From an uncultured bacterium (GTDB lineage Bacteria; Zhuqueibacterota; QNDG01; DTFT01): a stretch of 64,000 nucleotides of DNA. Positions 1 through 9,978 of this stretch are shown piece after piece; within the stretch, counting starts at the first letter, position 1; each line of letters begins with the position of its first letter. The position numbers and the translations under genes were made by a program. The stretch spans positions 1 to 64,000 of the forward strand of contig CAVTNR010000010.1 in the NCBI GenBank assembly GCA_963736115.1, in the 5' to 3' direction. A model generated the notes under the pieces. It was not told the DNA's origin. It saw nothing but the letters and a program-made list of their open reading frames with translations, and searched no databases.

Positions 1-13
1 GTTCTTTTTTCAT
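1..13 (-). CDS. 5' end of a gene running off the window (MKKE...)
   Basis: ATG at 13-11 with GGAGA RBS-like sequence upstream, co-oriented with the upstream operon. Confidence 0.45.
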
Positions 14-73
14 TTCAGTCTCTCCGGAGATGGATCCTCTGGAAAATATTGGAAGCTCATGGTTTGTGATTAA

Positions 74-221
74 AAGTTCATAGTTCATGGTTCATGGTTC
101 ATAGTTGAAGAGGAAAAAGCCATTCAGTCAAAATATTTTCTCTCACCATGAATGATGAAGCTTAAACTGCGAACTTCCTTTCTCCATGAACTATGAACTA
201 TGAACCATAAACTATGAACTT
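74..221. repeat. Heptamer-arm inverted repeat element, copy 1
   Basis: (GTTCATR)n at 74-106 and its reverse complement (YATGAAC)n at 185-221. Confidence 0.9.
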
Positions 222-229
222 CTTTTCCC

Positions 230-1219
230 TCAAGGCAGCGGGAACTCGATCCCCGCAACATTCAGGCGGATGAAATACAGCCGCGTTCTCGCGGTGATAA
301 ACAGCGTTTTCATGTCCACGCCGCCGAAAGCGGCATTCGACGGCGTCTCAGGCACGGCAAGGATCGCGAGGAAAGTCCCGTCCGCTTTGAACATCTGAAC
401 ACCTGTTTCCGTGGTGACGTACAGCCGGCCCTCCCGGTCTACGGCCATGCCGTTGGCCGTGGCGGACCGGATTCCGGCCGCTGTTTTCAGTACCGCGAAA
501 GTCCGGCCGTTGGAAAGGGTACCGTCCGCCGCCCGGTCATAGGCCCGGACCTGCAGGCTGTCGGAATCGTCCACATATAAAACGGATTCATCCGGCGAAA
601 GCTGAACCCCATTCGGCCTGCTCATATCTGCGATCAGCCGCGTGATCCGGCCGTCCGGCCCGCGGTAATACACGCCGCTGGCGTCCTGAGGCTTCTGCGG
701 GGCCCAGGTGGGATCCGTGAAATAAATCCCGCCCCGCGAGTCGATCACCAGATCGTTCGGGCTGTTGAAGCGCTTCCCCGCGTACTCCGAGGCCAGGACC
801 TCGAGAACCCCGCCCGTGGCCGGGTCCAGGGCCGTGATCCGGCCTGCGCCGCCCTCGCATGCGATCAGCCGTCCGTTCCGGTCGAACATCAGTCCGTTCG
901 CCGAGTTGGAATTGTCCCGAAAAAGAGAAACGGCTCCGGACTCAAGCCTGTGGATCCGGCTGGTCTGTATATCCGTGAAGAACAGGTTTCCGGCTCTGTC
1001 CCGGGCCGGACCCTCGAGGAACCGGTACACGGCGGTTCCCGGAACCACGGATACGGTCGAACCCGCGGGAACGAGCATTGAATCGGCCGTCGCGGTCGCG
1101 CCGCTTTCCGGTCCCGTTCCTGTCTTCAGGACTTGCCTGCAGCAGGCCGAAGCGAAGAGCGCGACGGAGAGAACCGCGGGCGCCGCGGTTCGGATCATTT
1201 TTAAAGTGATCACTCGCAT
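230..1219 (-). CDS. SMP-30/gluconolactonase/LRE family protein, exported
   Basis: FLEGP, NGLMFD, NSPNDL, YFTDP, PNGVQLSPD, NGMAVD motifs; N-terminal signal peptide. Confidence 0.9.
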   Translation of the reverse strand: MRVITLKMIRTAAPAVLSVALFASACCRQVLKTGTGPESGATATADSMLVPAGSTVSVVPGTAVYRFLEGPARDRAGNLFFTDIQTSRIHRLESGAVSLFRDNSNSANGLMFDRNGRLIACEGGAGRITALDPATGGVLEVLASEYAGKRFNSPNDLVIDSRGGIYFTDPTWAPQKPQDASGVYYRGPDGRITRLIADMSRPNGVQLSPDESVLYVDDSDSLQVRAYDRAADGTLSNGRTFAVLKTAAGIRSATANGMAVDREGRLYVTTETGVQMFKADGTFLAILAVPETPSNAAFGGVDMKTLFITARTRLYFIRLNVAGIEFPLP

Positions 1220-1264
1220 CTCATTTTATTTCCACGGCGATACGGAGGGTCCGCCGCTTCGATT

Positions 1265-4200
1265 TCACTTGATCACGGCCAGCTTGCCGCGCTCGGTGCC
1301 CACGTCGGATTCGACCACCCAGAAATACACGCCGGCGGCCACGTCGAGGTTCTCCTTGGTCTTCAGGTTCCACGACACGGTTCCATCGTTCAGGATTCCG
1401 TCGTGCCGGAGCGTGACCACGTGTTCCCCGCGCGACGTAAACAGGTGCAGGCGGCTGCCGGCCGGGCAATGGATAAAGTCGACCCGGCGCTCGCCCCTTC
1501 CGCTCGTCACCGCGGGCGGCAGGGGCAGTTCATGCGTCGTGGCCGCGACATACGGGTTCGGAACCGCGCGGATCCGGCTCATCATGGAGGAAGCGGCGGC
1601 CCGGTCCGCGGCCGGGACGACGGTCGTGAATTCGAAGATATCGCCCGAGCGGAACGGCTCTTCATCCGGATGAAGAGCGTGTCCCCCGCGCCGAAGGTGA
1701 ACACCGAGTCGCGGCGGTGCGTGAAGACCAGATCCCACGTGTACTGCGGCGCGCCGTTCAAGCCGGACTCCACCAGGACGATTTCGTCGTACGGCGACAG
1801 TTTGCGGTTGCCCATGGTATTGTTGTAGACGAAATCCACGGTCCGGCCGTCGGTCTCGTTGACGATCCGGAAATTGACCGGAATGCCGTCGATGAAGAAT
1901 TCCGGCAGGGCCAGAGAGGTGTCGATGATGCCGTCCGCGAATTCGATGCGGTAATCGCTCGGATGCGCCAGGCCGAGCAGGCGGTCCTCGTCGAAATAGG
2001 TGTCGATGACTCGCATGGAGAACTGGTAGGCCTTGGACTATTCTTCCATCCCGTCCGGAGGGTGTCGATGACCGGCACCCACACATTCTGAAAGGACATG
2101 CGGCCGCCGTCGAACACGTCGGTGTCGAGCGTTTCGGACGCCCACGGACTGCGCTCGATGTGGGGGCTCCGGTTCACGGGCCTGTACCGGTATGAAATGG
2201 TGTACAGGCCGCCGCGGGCCAGACCGCCCGGAACAGCCGACTGGATGCGGCCGTTGTCCGCGTCCAGGATGTACCGCTCGGCCGGAACCGGGGCGCCGGA
2301 AGCGTCGGCCACGGACACCGAAGCGACATCCAGATGCTGGCGCGTGAGCCGGACCGCCACGGTGTCGCGCGACACGAAGGACTCGCTCTCACCCGTCAAA
2401 TCCGTGACCGAATAGGAGGTCGTGATCGGGACCATCGCCTCGGACGAATCCGCCGCGTCGATGCGGCCGTCTCCGTCATTGTCCATACCGTCGTTCGACG
2501 ATGTCCCAGAATTCCACGCGGTAGGTGTGGCCTTTCACGGCGCTTTCATCGAGGACCTGGTGGAAGACCTTGCCCGTCCCGACGGCCGTCACCGCGGGGA
2601 TTTCGACACTGCCCGGGGGCGCCGTGTATCCGGCGACCGGCGCGTTCGGAGTCACGCATGCGGTGTTCTGGAAGGTCCGGACTTCGCCGGAGGACAGCAC
2701 GTCGATCCGCTTGTCGTTTTCCTTTGGGGAACACGTCCTTGTCCGCGTCCCCGCGGTCATAGGCCACCACGGCGTAAAAATAGCGCTTGCCGTTCTTCAC
2801 GTCCGTGTCCACGAATGTGTGCTTCAGCCCGGAGTCATTGCCGAGGTAGAAAGAGGCGCCCCGGCCGCCCTGGTACAGATCGGCGCCCGCGCGGAAATAC
2901 CCGTTGACGCCGTTTTTCAGGTCGAACTGGGCCAGCGGTCTGTAGGCGATGGGGTTGCCGTCCGCGTCCGTGATGCCGAAGGAGTCGTTGAAATCCGAGT
3001 CCGTGGCCCTGTAGATTTTGTATCCCTCGAAATCGTTCACGTGCAGCACCGGGTCAACGGATTTCTCGGCCCTGCCGATCCCAGGTCAGCACGACCCGGC
3101 CGTCCCCCGCGGTGGCGGTGAGCGTCGGTTTTTCCGGAGCGGGCGGGAACCGGTAGTCGCTGTCATAGATGTCCTGGACGGTCTCCCGGTTGCGGAGCAG
3201 ATCCGTGATTACCACGTCCGGCCCGCCGCCTTCGCCGTACACGAGCGCGAGCGAAAAGCCCTGCGTCTCCCCGGCCCGGAGGGGAAAATAGCCGGATCCA
3301 TAGATGAAATCCCCGTCCTCGCCCTGAACCGGCTTGTTGTTCATGATCGAGGAGGGAACCTCGAAGTAACCCGGCGAGAGCCGGCGCCACAGATCCTCGT
3401 CATCGGCCATGGAAAATTCATTTGCAGGCGCGAAATATTCGAAACTGGTGAGTCCGATCTGATCCGATTCGTCCACGTCGGTGCGGTCGAAATTGGGCTC
3501 CCCGGCCGTAGGCCGTCCGTCCGACTCCCCCCGATCCCCCGTGCCGTCCACGCCGTCCGCCCCGACGTCGTCGAATTCGATGTTCCAGTCGCCGTCATTG
3601 TCGATGCCGTCGTCCCGGCGTTCGTCGATCAATGCGTCGCCCAGTCCCAGTCCCGTGATGGTGTCAAAATATCGGACGGGGCTGAACCGGTCGATGAGCA
3701 CATTGCCCTGGGAATCCTTGCGGATCTGGTGGTAATGGAGGTAGTAGTTCTCGTCGATCAGCCCGTCGAGGTCGTTGTCCACGCCGTCATATGCGTTGGA
3801 ATTGATGACCTCCTGTCCATCCTGAACGATGACATTACCCTCGACGAGCGCCGTGACACCGGCCGTCACTTCGACGGTGTCGCCCCGCGTGACGAAGACC
3901 GTCGTGCCCGCGGGAACCGGGGCCGTGCTCCGGCGGTAGTCCCGATCGATGAGCGCAACCCGGTCGCCCGCGTTCAGGACGCGAGGCTGAAAATCGGCTT
4001 CCGTGAACAGCGGCGCCGCGCCGTCCAGGTCGTCTCCGTCGTTGTCGATGCCGTCGTACTGGTTGCCCGGACTCTCGAGAAAGGCGTACCCGACCGCGCC
4101 GACCGGCCCCCGCCAGCGGGGATTGCGGCTGGCGTCGTCATCGAAGTCGGCCGTATAGGTCAGGTCCTTCTCCACGTCGAAAAAAGAGTAGTCGTCGTCG

Positions 4201-4983
4201 TATTCGCGGTAGTCCTCCGTGGAGGTGACGCCGCAGTAGGTGCCGACGAGCATGCCGAACACGACTTTGTCGAAATCCGTCGTGCCGTGGTTGGTGATCT
4301 GGTACAGCCAGAAAATGCAGTCCTGCGCGAGAAAGTCGGGCCACTGCATGCCGCGCACCGACATGGAGAAGCCCAGCCCGTTCCGCGAGGGGTCGTTCGC
4401 ATCCGGCTTGAAAGCCGCGCGCCACTGGTTGTTTTCCGCGAAATTGAACTCTTCGTCGTTCCGGTCATCCATGACGAAAAAACATTCCTCGGACGCGGTG
4501 GTCGTCTTGCCGAAAAATCCGTTCCAGGATCCGGACCACCCCGGGTCCTCCGGGTCGTCCATTTTGTCCGGCCACGTCGCGGGCCACGAGGCGTCGTCCG
4601 AATTGAGCGCCACGCCCTCCTGGGTCTCGTTGAAATACCCGGCCATGGGCTCGAATCCCCACGGTTTGCCCGCGGGCGAGATCTCGTTCTGCTTGGTCGG
4701 CCGGGAGACCGGACAAATCTCGACGGAGCGGAAAACCGTCGCCCGGAAGGCGGATTTCGGCGCCGACCATGGGGCTGACGTCGCCGATGTATCCGTTGTT
4801 CTCGTAGATCCAGGCGCCACGCGCGCCTTTTTCCGCGGGCTGGCCGATGACGCCCCAGTTGCCGAAGACCGTCTTGACGAGGTTCCCCCGCATGACCGAG
4901 GATCTCCGGTACTCCCGTCCGGACTGGGCGGAAAGCTGGGCGGCCGCAAACAAACAGACTATCGCGATCCATCTTCTATTCAT
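1265..4983 (-). pseudogene. Large secreted protein (about 1240 aa) with Ca-binding DxDxDG loops, Fn3-like part and C-terminal Ig/sorting domain; split by about 6 single-base frameshifts (possibly assembly errors)
   Basis: Start MNRRWIAIV at 4983 with RBS. Consecutive ORF pieces 4465-5031, 3054-4949, 2546-3049, 2476-2760, 1758-2486, 1582-2016 and 1265-2086 join into one protein with DGIDNDGD repeats, DFEGYKIYR and IRAVPNPY...GVYFW...KLAVIK. Confidence 0.8.
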
Positions 4984-5018
4984 GTTGATGACTCCTGGTT
5001 TCGCAGGGTTCCAGAACT

Positions 5019-5142
5019 GTTCATAGTTCATAGTTCATGGTTCATAGCTGGAAAGGAAGCCGTGAAAAAATATATCTTCTCCCTTCACTATGAATAGTAA
5101 ACCGCTTTTGACTATGAACTATGAACCATAAACTATGAACTT
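5019..5142. repeat. Heptamer-arm inverted repeat element, copy 2
   Basis: GTTCATAGTTCATAGTTCATGGTTCATAG ... ACTATGAACTATGAACCATAAACTATGAACT. Confidence 0.9.
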
Positions 5143-5143
5143 T

Positions 5144-8100
5144 TTATAAGCCGACCGTCACCCCGACCTCCACCCGCCTCGGCTCAGAGTAATGCGAGGG
5201 GTTGGAGTACCACTGGTCGAGGGTGTTGACCGCCTGCATGGGATTCGTGGACGCGGCCACGGCCTGGTCGGTCGTGAATCCGGCCCGGCCGGTGTCGTCG
5301 TACACGTTGACTTCGTTCAGCATATCGAGCAGGTTGTACACCTTGGCGAACACGCTGAGATTGACCGGACCGACACGGAAATCCTTGTAGACCCTCACGT
5401 CGGCGTTGAAATAGGACGGCTTGACCTGAGTATTGGTCAGCAGACTGGTAATGTCCTGGTCGCGCCGCGGCGTGTACGGCAGGCCGCTTCCCCACTGCAT
5501 GATGAGGCTTCCGCCCCATGTCGGCGCGCTGTACGAGACCGTTGCGTTCACGGTGTGGCGCTGGTCCCAGTCGAGCGGCACGAGCTGGACTTCGGGCAGG
5601 TCCCCGCCCGCGAGCGCGTTCCGGGCCGCCTCCGGGTCGGAGCTCGTGCCCTTGGCGATCTGGAATGAGTAGTCCAGACCGGCCGACAGGCCGGCCGCAA
5701 ACCGCTTGTTGACGGACAGGATGATGCCGCGCACGAAGCCGAAATCGCTGTTGATGAACCGGCTGTACTTGGCCGATCCGCCGAACAGGATGATTTCCTC
5801 GGCACGGGTGCCGGCCAGGTCCCGGATGTCGCGGAAGAATCCGGTCGCGGAGAGGAACACGTCCTGGGTGAGCTGCTGCTGAAGCCCGATTTCGCCGCTC
5901 ACCGTCATTTCGGGCTTCAGGTCGGCATTGCCGATCACGCCCACATTCCCCGTGCCGGAACCCAGCTCGAAGTCCGGGTTCTGGTACAGCCGCTCGAAAC
6001 GCGGAATCTGGAAGAAGTGGCCGTAGGAGAAATGGATCACGCCGCGCTCGGTGATGGGAAAAGACACCCCGAGCCGCGGGCTGACCTGGAGTTTGGTCGT
6101 GGTTTTCCGGTACCAATAGGCCTTCCGTTCGGCCAATGTCACGACGGGTTCGCCGGCGTCCTGCAATCCGTTATTCTCGGATCCGTCCGCGTCGTTCGTG
6201 CCAGCGACGCCGTCCGTGCCCCAGTCGCGATACCGGTTCTGCGGCTTGATGGGATTGTAGATGGAGGGATCCGTCGGGTCCGCGAGCACCTGGCTTCTGG
6301 GGTCGAACCAGTCGACGCGCAATCCCAGGTTCACGATCATCTGCTTGAATTCCATCTTGTCCTGGAGATAGGCGGACAGCTCGATCGGCTGATTCGTGTA
6401 CCGGCTGGCGTAAATCGTGCTGTCGGGCATCACGCGGGTGCGGATGAACGGGTCGTCGAACAGGAGGTTGATGTCGGTCTGTGTGTCGATCGGCCTGAGC
6501 GTGAGCGACTCCTGGAACATCCGGTGCCGCCGGAACTCGACGCCGGTCTTGACGAGATGGGTATGGGAAAGCTGGCTCTCGATGTCGAATTTGGCCAGCC
6601 AGGTGCCGGTATTCCTGCGGAAGCGGGTGTCGGCCGTGCCGCCGGTCTTGTAGCTGTACGGCTCCTGCAGACCCAGGTAGGGATGGACCATGGCCGGATC
6701 GTGGATGTCACGGAACGCGTGATCCCGGTAGTCCTTGGTGAAATACGAGACGCCCAGTTTGTAGAAGGTCCGGTTCGAGAGCGCCTGGGTCAGCTGGGCG
6801 ATGTGAGTCTGGCCGTAACGCAGATGGTCCGGCTGGCCGTCCGGATTATAGGTATAATTGCGGTCATAGTCGCGGTACAACACGTTGTCGAGGATGATGT
6901 TGTAGGTCAGCTTGAGCGCGGAGCTGACCTGCCAGAGCAGTTTGGCCTGGCCGGTCCACTTGTCGTTGGCATGCATGGAAACGGCCTTCCCGTCGCCGCG
7001 GCCGTTGGTGTGCCGGCCGCGCAGGCGATCGTAGTATTCCTTGAAAACGGCCGAATCCCCGGCCTGGGCCGGGGTGATATTGCTCCGGGTGAGCATCGAA
7101 TCGATGAACGCGTTCGTGCCCAGAACGTACTGGAAGGCGCGCTGGCCATTGGGGAGCGCCCGGCTCACGTCGTAGTAGTCCGGCGCGACGGCTTCGATGG
7201 CCTCGGCCGGCGCCGTGAGGCCGATTGTCACCGCGCTGGGGTTGTACCGCCGCTCGCCGTACAGCCAGCCGTCCGAATGGTAGGAGCGGCCATTCACGAA
7301 AAAGTACAGCTTGTCCTTGACGATCGGACCCTGCACGCTGGCCTCGATGTTCCGGGTGCCGAGGGGATTCACGTTTCCGATGTGAGTGAAGGTCTTGTCG
7401 TGCGTGCTGAGGTGGTCCCCCGCGTACGCGGTCACCGAAGCGCTGGTCTTGTTGGACCCTTCCTTGGTCGTTATATTCACGATGCCCGACATGGCCTGCC
7501 CGTATTCGGCGTTGAATGCGCCGCTGACAACCTGGAGTTCCTGCACCATCTCCTTGTTGACGTCCACCACCGTGCCCCCGTCGTACACGTCCGTCACGGG
7601 AATGCCGTCGATCCAGAATCCGATCTCGCCCTTGCGGCCGCCGCGCGCGTGCAGGTTGCCGCCCGCGTCCTTGACCAGACCCGCCTGAAGCTCGACGGCC
7701 TCGGACACCTCGGTCACGGGCAGGGAAGCCATCTCTTCGGCGCCGACCACGGCCGTGGTAGCCGTGAGATCCTTAACCACCATGGGCCGCACGGCCATGA
7801 CGGTCACGCTCTCGCCGATGTCCATCACCGTGGACAGCAGTTTGAAATCGATCTCCGTGGTCAGATCGATGGACACCCGGACGTTCTCGACGCGCGTGTC
7901 CTTGTACCCGAGCAGGCGGCACCGCAGTACGTACGTCCCCGGCGGCAGATTCAGCACCAGGTAGTTCCCGTCGTTCTCGGCCACCGCGCCATAGGGCGTG
8001 CCTTCGACGAACACGGTCGCGCCCGGCAGAGGTGTCCGGGTGGAGGCGTCCGTCACGACGCCAATGAGTTTTCCAGTCGTGCCCGCGAATGCGGCCGCCG

Positions 8101-8149
8101 CGGACAGGACGATCAGCGTTCCCAGGACGAACAGACGGATGACTTTCAT
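5144..8149 (-). CDS. TonB-dependent receptor with N-terminal carboxypeptidase-regulatory-like domain
   Basis: Start MKVIRLF at 8149; AGTTGKLIG..D, plug motif SGAFNAEYGQAMSG, VSPRLG, GNADLKPE, PLDWDQRH, C-terminal EPRRVEVG. Confidence 0.93.
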   Translation of the reverse strand: MKVIRLFVLGTLIVLSAAAAFAGTTGKLIGVVTDASTRTPLPGATVFVEGTPYGAVAENDGNYLVLNLPPGTYVLRCRLLGYKDTRVENVRVSIDLTTEIDFKLLSTVMDIGESVTVMAVRPMVVKDLTATTAVVGAEEMASLPVTEVSEAVELQAGLVKDAGGNLHARGGRKGEIGFWIDGIPVTDVYDGGTVVDVNKEMVQELQVVSGAFNAEYGQAMSGIVNITTKEGSNKTSASVTAYAGDHLSTHDKTFTHIGNVNPLGTRNIEASVQGPIVKDKLYFFVNGRSYHSDGWLYGERRYNPSAVTIGLTAPAEAIEAVAPDYYDVSRALPNGQRAFQYVLGTNAFIDSMLTRSNITPAQAGDSAVFKEYYDRLRGRHTNGRGDGKAVSMHANDKWTGQAKLLWQVSSALKLTYNIILDNVLYRDYDRNYTYNPDGQPDHLRYGQTHIAQLTQALSNRTFYKLGVSYFTKDYRDHAFRDIHDPAMVHPYLGLQEPYSYKTGGTADTRFRRNTGTWLAKFDIESQLSHTHLVKTGVEFRRHRMFQESLTLRPIDTQTDINLLFDDPFIRTRVMPDSTIYASRYTNQPIELSAYLQDKMEFKQMIVNLGLRVDWFDPRSQVLADPTDPSIYNPIKPQNRYRDWGTDGVAGTNDADGSENNGLQDAGEPVVTLAERKAYWYRKTTTKLQVSPRLGVSFPITERGVIHFSYGHFFQIPRFERLYQNPDFELGSGTGNVGVIGNADLKPEMTVSGEIGLQQQLTQDVFLSATGFFRDIRDLAGTRAEEIILFGGSAKYSRFINSDFGFVRGIILSVNKRFAAGLSAGLDYSFQIAKGTSSDPEAARNALAGGDLPEVQLVPLDWDQRHTVNATVSYSAPTWGGSLIMQWGSGLPYTPRRDQDITSLLTNTQVKPSYFNADVRVYKDFRVGPVNLSVFAKVYNLLDMLNEVNVYDDTGRAGFTTDQAVAASTNPMQAVNTLDQWYSNPSHYSEPRRVEVGVTVGL

Positions 8150-8458
8150 GCGGAGGTCCCTCGAATGAAAAGGGTAAGGGTCTCGGAATTTCGGACAATG
8201 ACGTGAACCGGGCAGGGTCGGGTGCGCTGCGATAAAATGATTCCTCCGGTGGTTCCGACAGGTTTTGTGGATAACCGCCATGGAAGATCCCGCACCGATA
8301 TGGGATGAACGTGTAAGTCGAATGGGAAGAGGATTTTCCGAAGAATGCGGAAATTCCTTAAAAAGTATAGGAAAAAACGGCCATATTGTCAAGCAGTATT
8401 TCACGCCAAAATGTCATAAAAAACATGCGGATGGAATACGTTCAGGCCGATTTATTAA

Positions 8459-8539
8459 AAGTTCATAGTTCATGGTTCATCGTTAAAGAAAGGGACAGGG
8501 AGCATTCGGCTGACACTCTTTTTCTATGAACTATGAACT
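8459..8539. repeat. Heptamer-arm inverted repeat element, copy 3
   Basis: AAGTTCATAGTTCATGGTTCAT ... CTATGAACTATGAACT. Confidence 0.85.
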
Positions 8540-8610
8540 CTATTTCCCCTTGATTATGTCCGTGCATTTTCGTAGTATTCGCTCAGAACATCACCAGGGA
8601 GGACCGCTCT

Positions 8611-9960
8611 ATGAACCAACGCCTGTCCGTGTTCTGCTTTTTCGCCGCAGTCCTGGCCTCTTCAGCCGGACCTCCGGACGTTTCCGGGGACAAGGCCTTC
8701 GGAACCAAACCCTACGCCTCATTCGAAAAGCCCGCGGTCTGCGCCTCCTGCCATTCGGATATCTATCAGCAATGGACACAGGCCATGATGTCCCAGGCCT
8801 ACACCCACCACTGGGACGAGATCGAATATTTCGACCTGGCCGTGCCCCATTCCCAAAAGGTGCCGTCCCTGAAGGGGCCGGTGGACGGATGCAACGGGTG
8901 CCATACACCCATGGCCTACATGGCCGGAGACACGCCCCCGCCCAGACCGTCCGAGGGTTCGCGCGCCAATGAGAGCGTGAACTGCGAGGTCTGCCATACG
9001 ATCAGCGGATTCGAAGGGGAGATCCCCTTCAATTTCAGCTTTATCTCAAGCCCGGGGCAAGTCAAGTACGGTGCCAAGGAAGGACGGGTTTCCCCCTACC
9101 ACGAGACTCGCTTCAATGAACTGTACACCAAAGCGGAGTACTGCGGCAACTGTCACAACGAGAAGAATCCCTTCGGCATATGGGTGAAATCCACCCAGAT
9201 CGAATGGGCCGCGGGCCCCTATGCGAAGGAAAACGTGGCCTGCTTCAAGTGCCACATGCCGAAAGCCCGCGGCAGGAGCGCGAAAATGGCGGAGGAGGAC
9301 GACGTCGCCCAGCACCTCTTTCACGGCGCGCATGACCCTGGCAAGGTGGGGGGCGCGGTGGAGCTCCGCATGCATCCGGACGAGCGCGAGCTCGAGCCGG
9401 GCGAAACCGTGACGTTGCAGGTCCAGCTCTTCAACGCCAAGGCCGGCCATAAAATTCCGTCGGGTTCCGTGGAAGACCGGTTGCTCTGGCTGGAAGTCAC
9501 GGCAACGGACGCCTCGGGCCGCGAGTTCCGCATTGCCGTGGACCCGAAAGGATTCCCGGGCGAGGACTACACCATCGCTTCAGAAGAAGCCCTCGCGTAT
9601 CAGGACATGGGCCTCCCGAAGGGGCTGGCGGATTTCAAAGGCATTAAAAGGGACGGTGTGCCCGCTGGAAGCCGCATCTTCCGCATGCCCTATTTCGACC
9701 CCGAGGGCCGCATGACCATTATGCAATGGAACACGAAGAGCCTGGGCACGGATTACCGTATCGGCCCGCGCGAGACAAAGATCGAGACCTTCACCTGGGA
9801 CATCCCGGACGATGCGGCTCCCGGCCGCGTCACCTTCCGTGCCAGGCTGAACTACCGAAAACTCGTCAAGCCGGTCGCGGATTTTCTCGGCGTGCCGGAA
9901 GACGAGAGCGAGATCATGCACGTCAACTCGGCGGAAACCTGGATCGATTTGAATGAATAA
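8611..9960 (+). CDS. Periplasmic multiheme c-type cytochrome (5 CxxCH, c554-like N-terminus)
   Basis: CASCH, CNGCH, CEVCH, CGNCH, CFKCH; signal peptide; AGHKIPSG motif. Confidence 0.9.
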   Translation: MNQRLSVFCFFAAVLASSAGPPDVSGDKAFGTKPYASFEKPAVCASCHSDIYQQWTQAMMSQAYTHHWDEIEYFDLAVPHSQKVPSLKGPVDGCNGCHTPMAYMAGDTPPPRPSEGSRANESVNCEVCHTISGFEGEIPFNFSFISSPGQVKYGAKEGRVSPYHETRFNELYTKAEYCGNCHNEKNPFGIWVKSTQIEWAAGPYAKENVACFKCHMPKARGRSAKMAEEDDVAQHLFHGAHDPGKVGGAVELRMHPDERELEPGETVTLQVQLFNAKAGHKIPSGSVEDRLLWLEVTATDASGREFRIAVDPKGFPGEDYTIASEEALAYQDMGLPKGLADFKGIKRDGVPAGSRIFRMPYFDPEGRMTIMQWNTKSLGTDYRIGPRETKIETFTWDIPDDAAPGRVTFRARLNYRKLVKPVADFLGVPEDESEIMHVNSAETWIDLNE

Positions 9961-9978
9961 TCCCCGGGAGGAGTCCTC

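Noticed and set aside
1658-1679. Palindrome GCTCTTCATCCGGATGAAGAGC at a frameshift site
   Set aside because: It lies in coding sequence, is explained by a one-base loss, and has no other copies.
8266-8274. DnaA box TGTGGATAA
   Set aside because: Single copy with no cluster or dnaA nearby, so not an origin.
8150-8460. Cobalamin riboswitch upstream of the TonB receptor
   Set aside because: Conserved B12-box motifs were not recognised.
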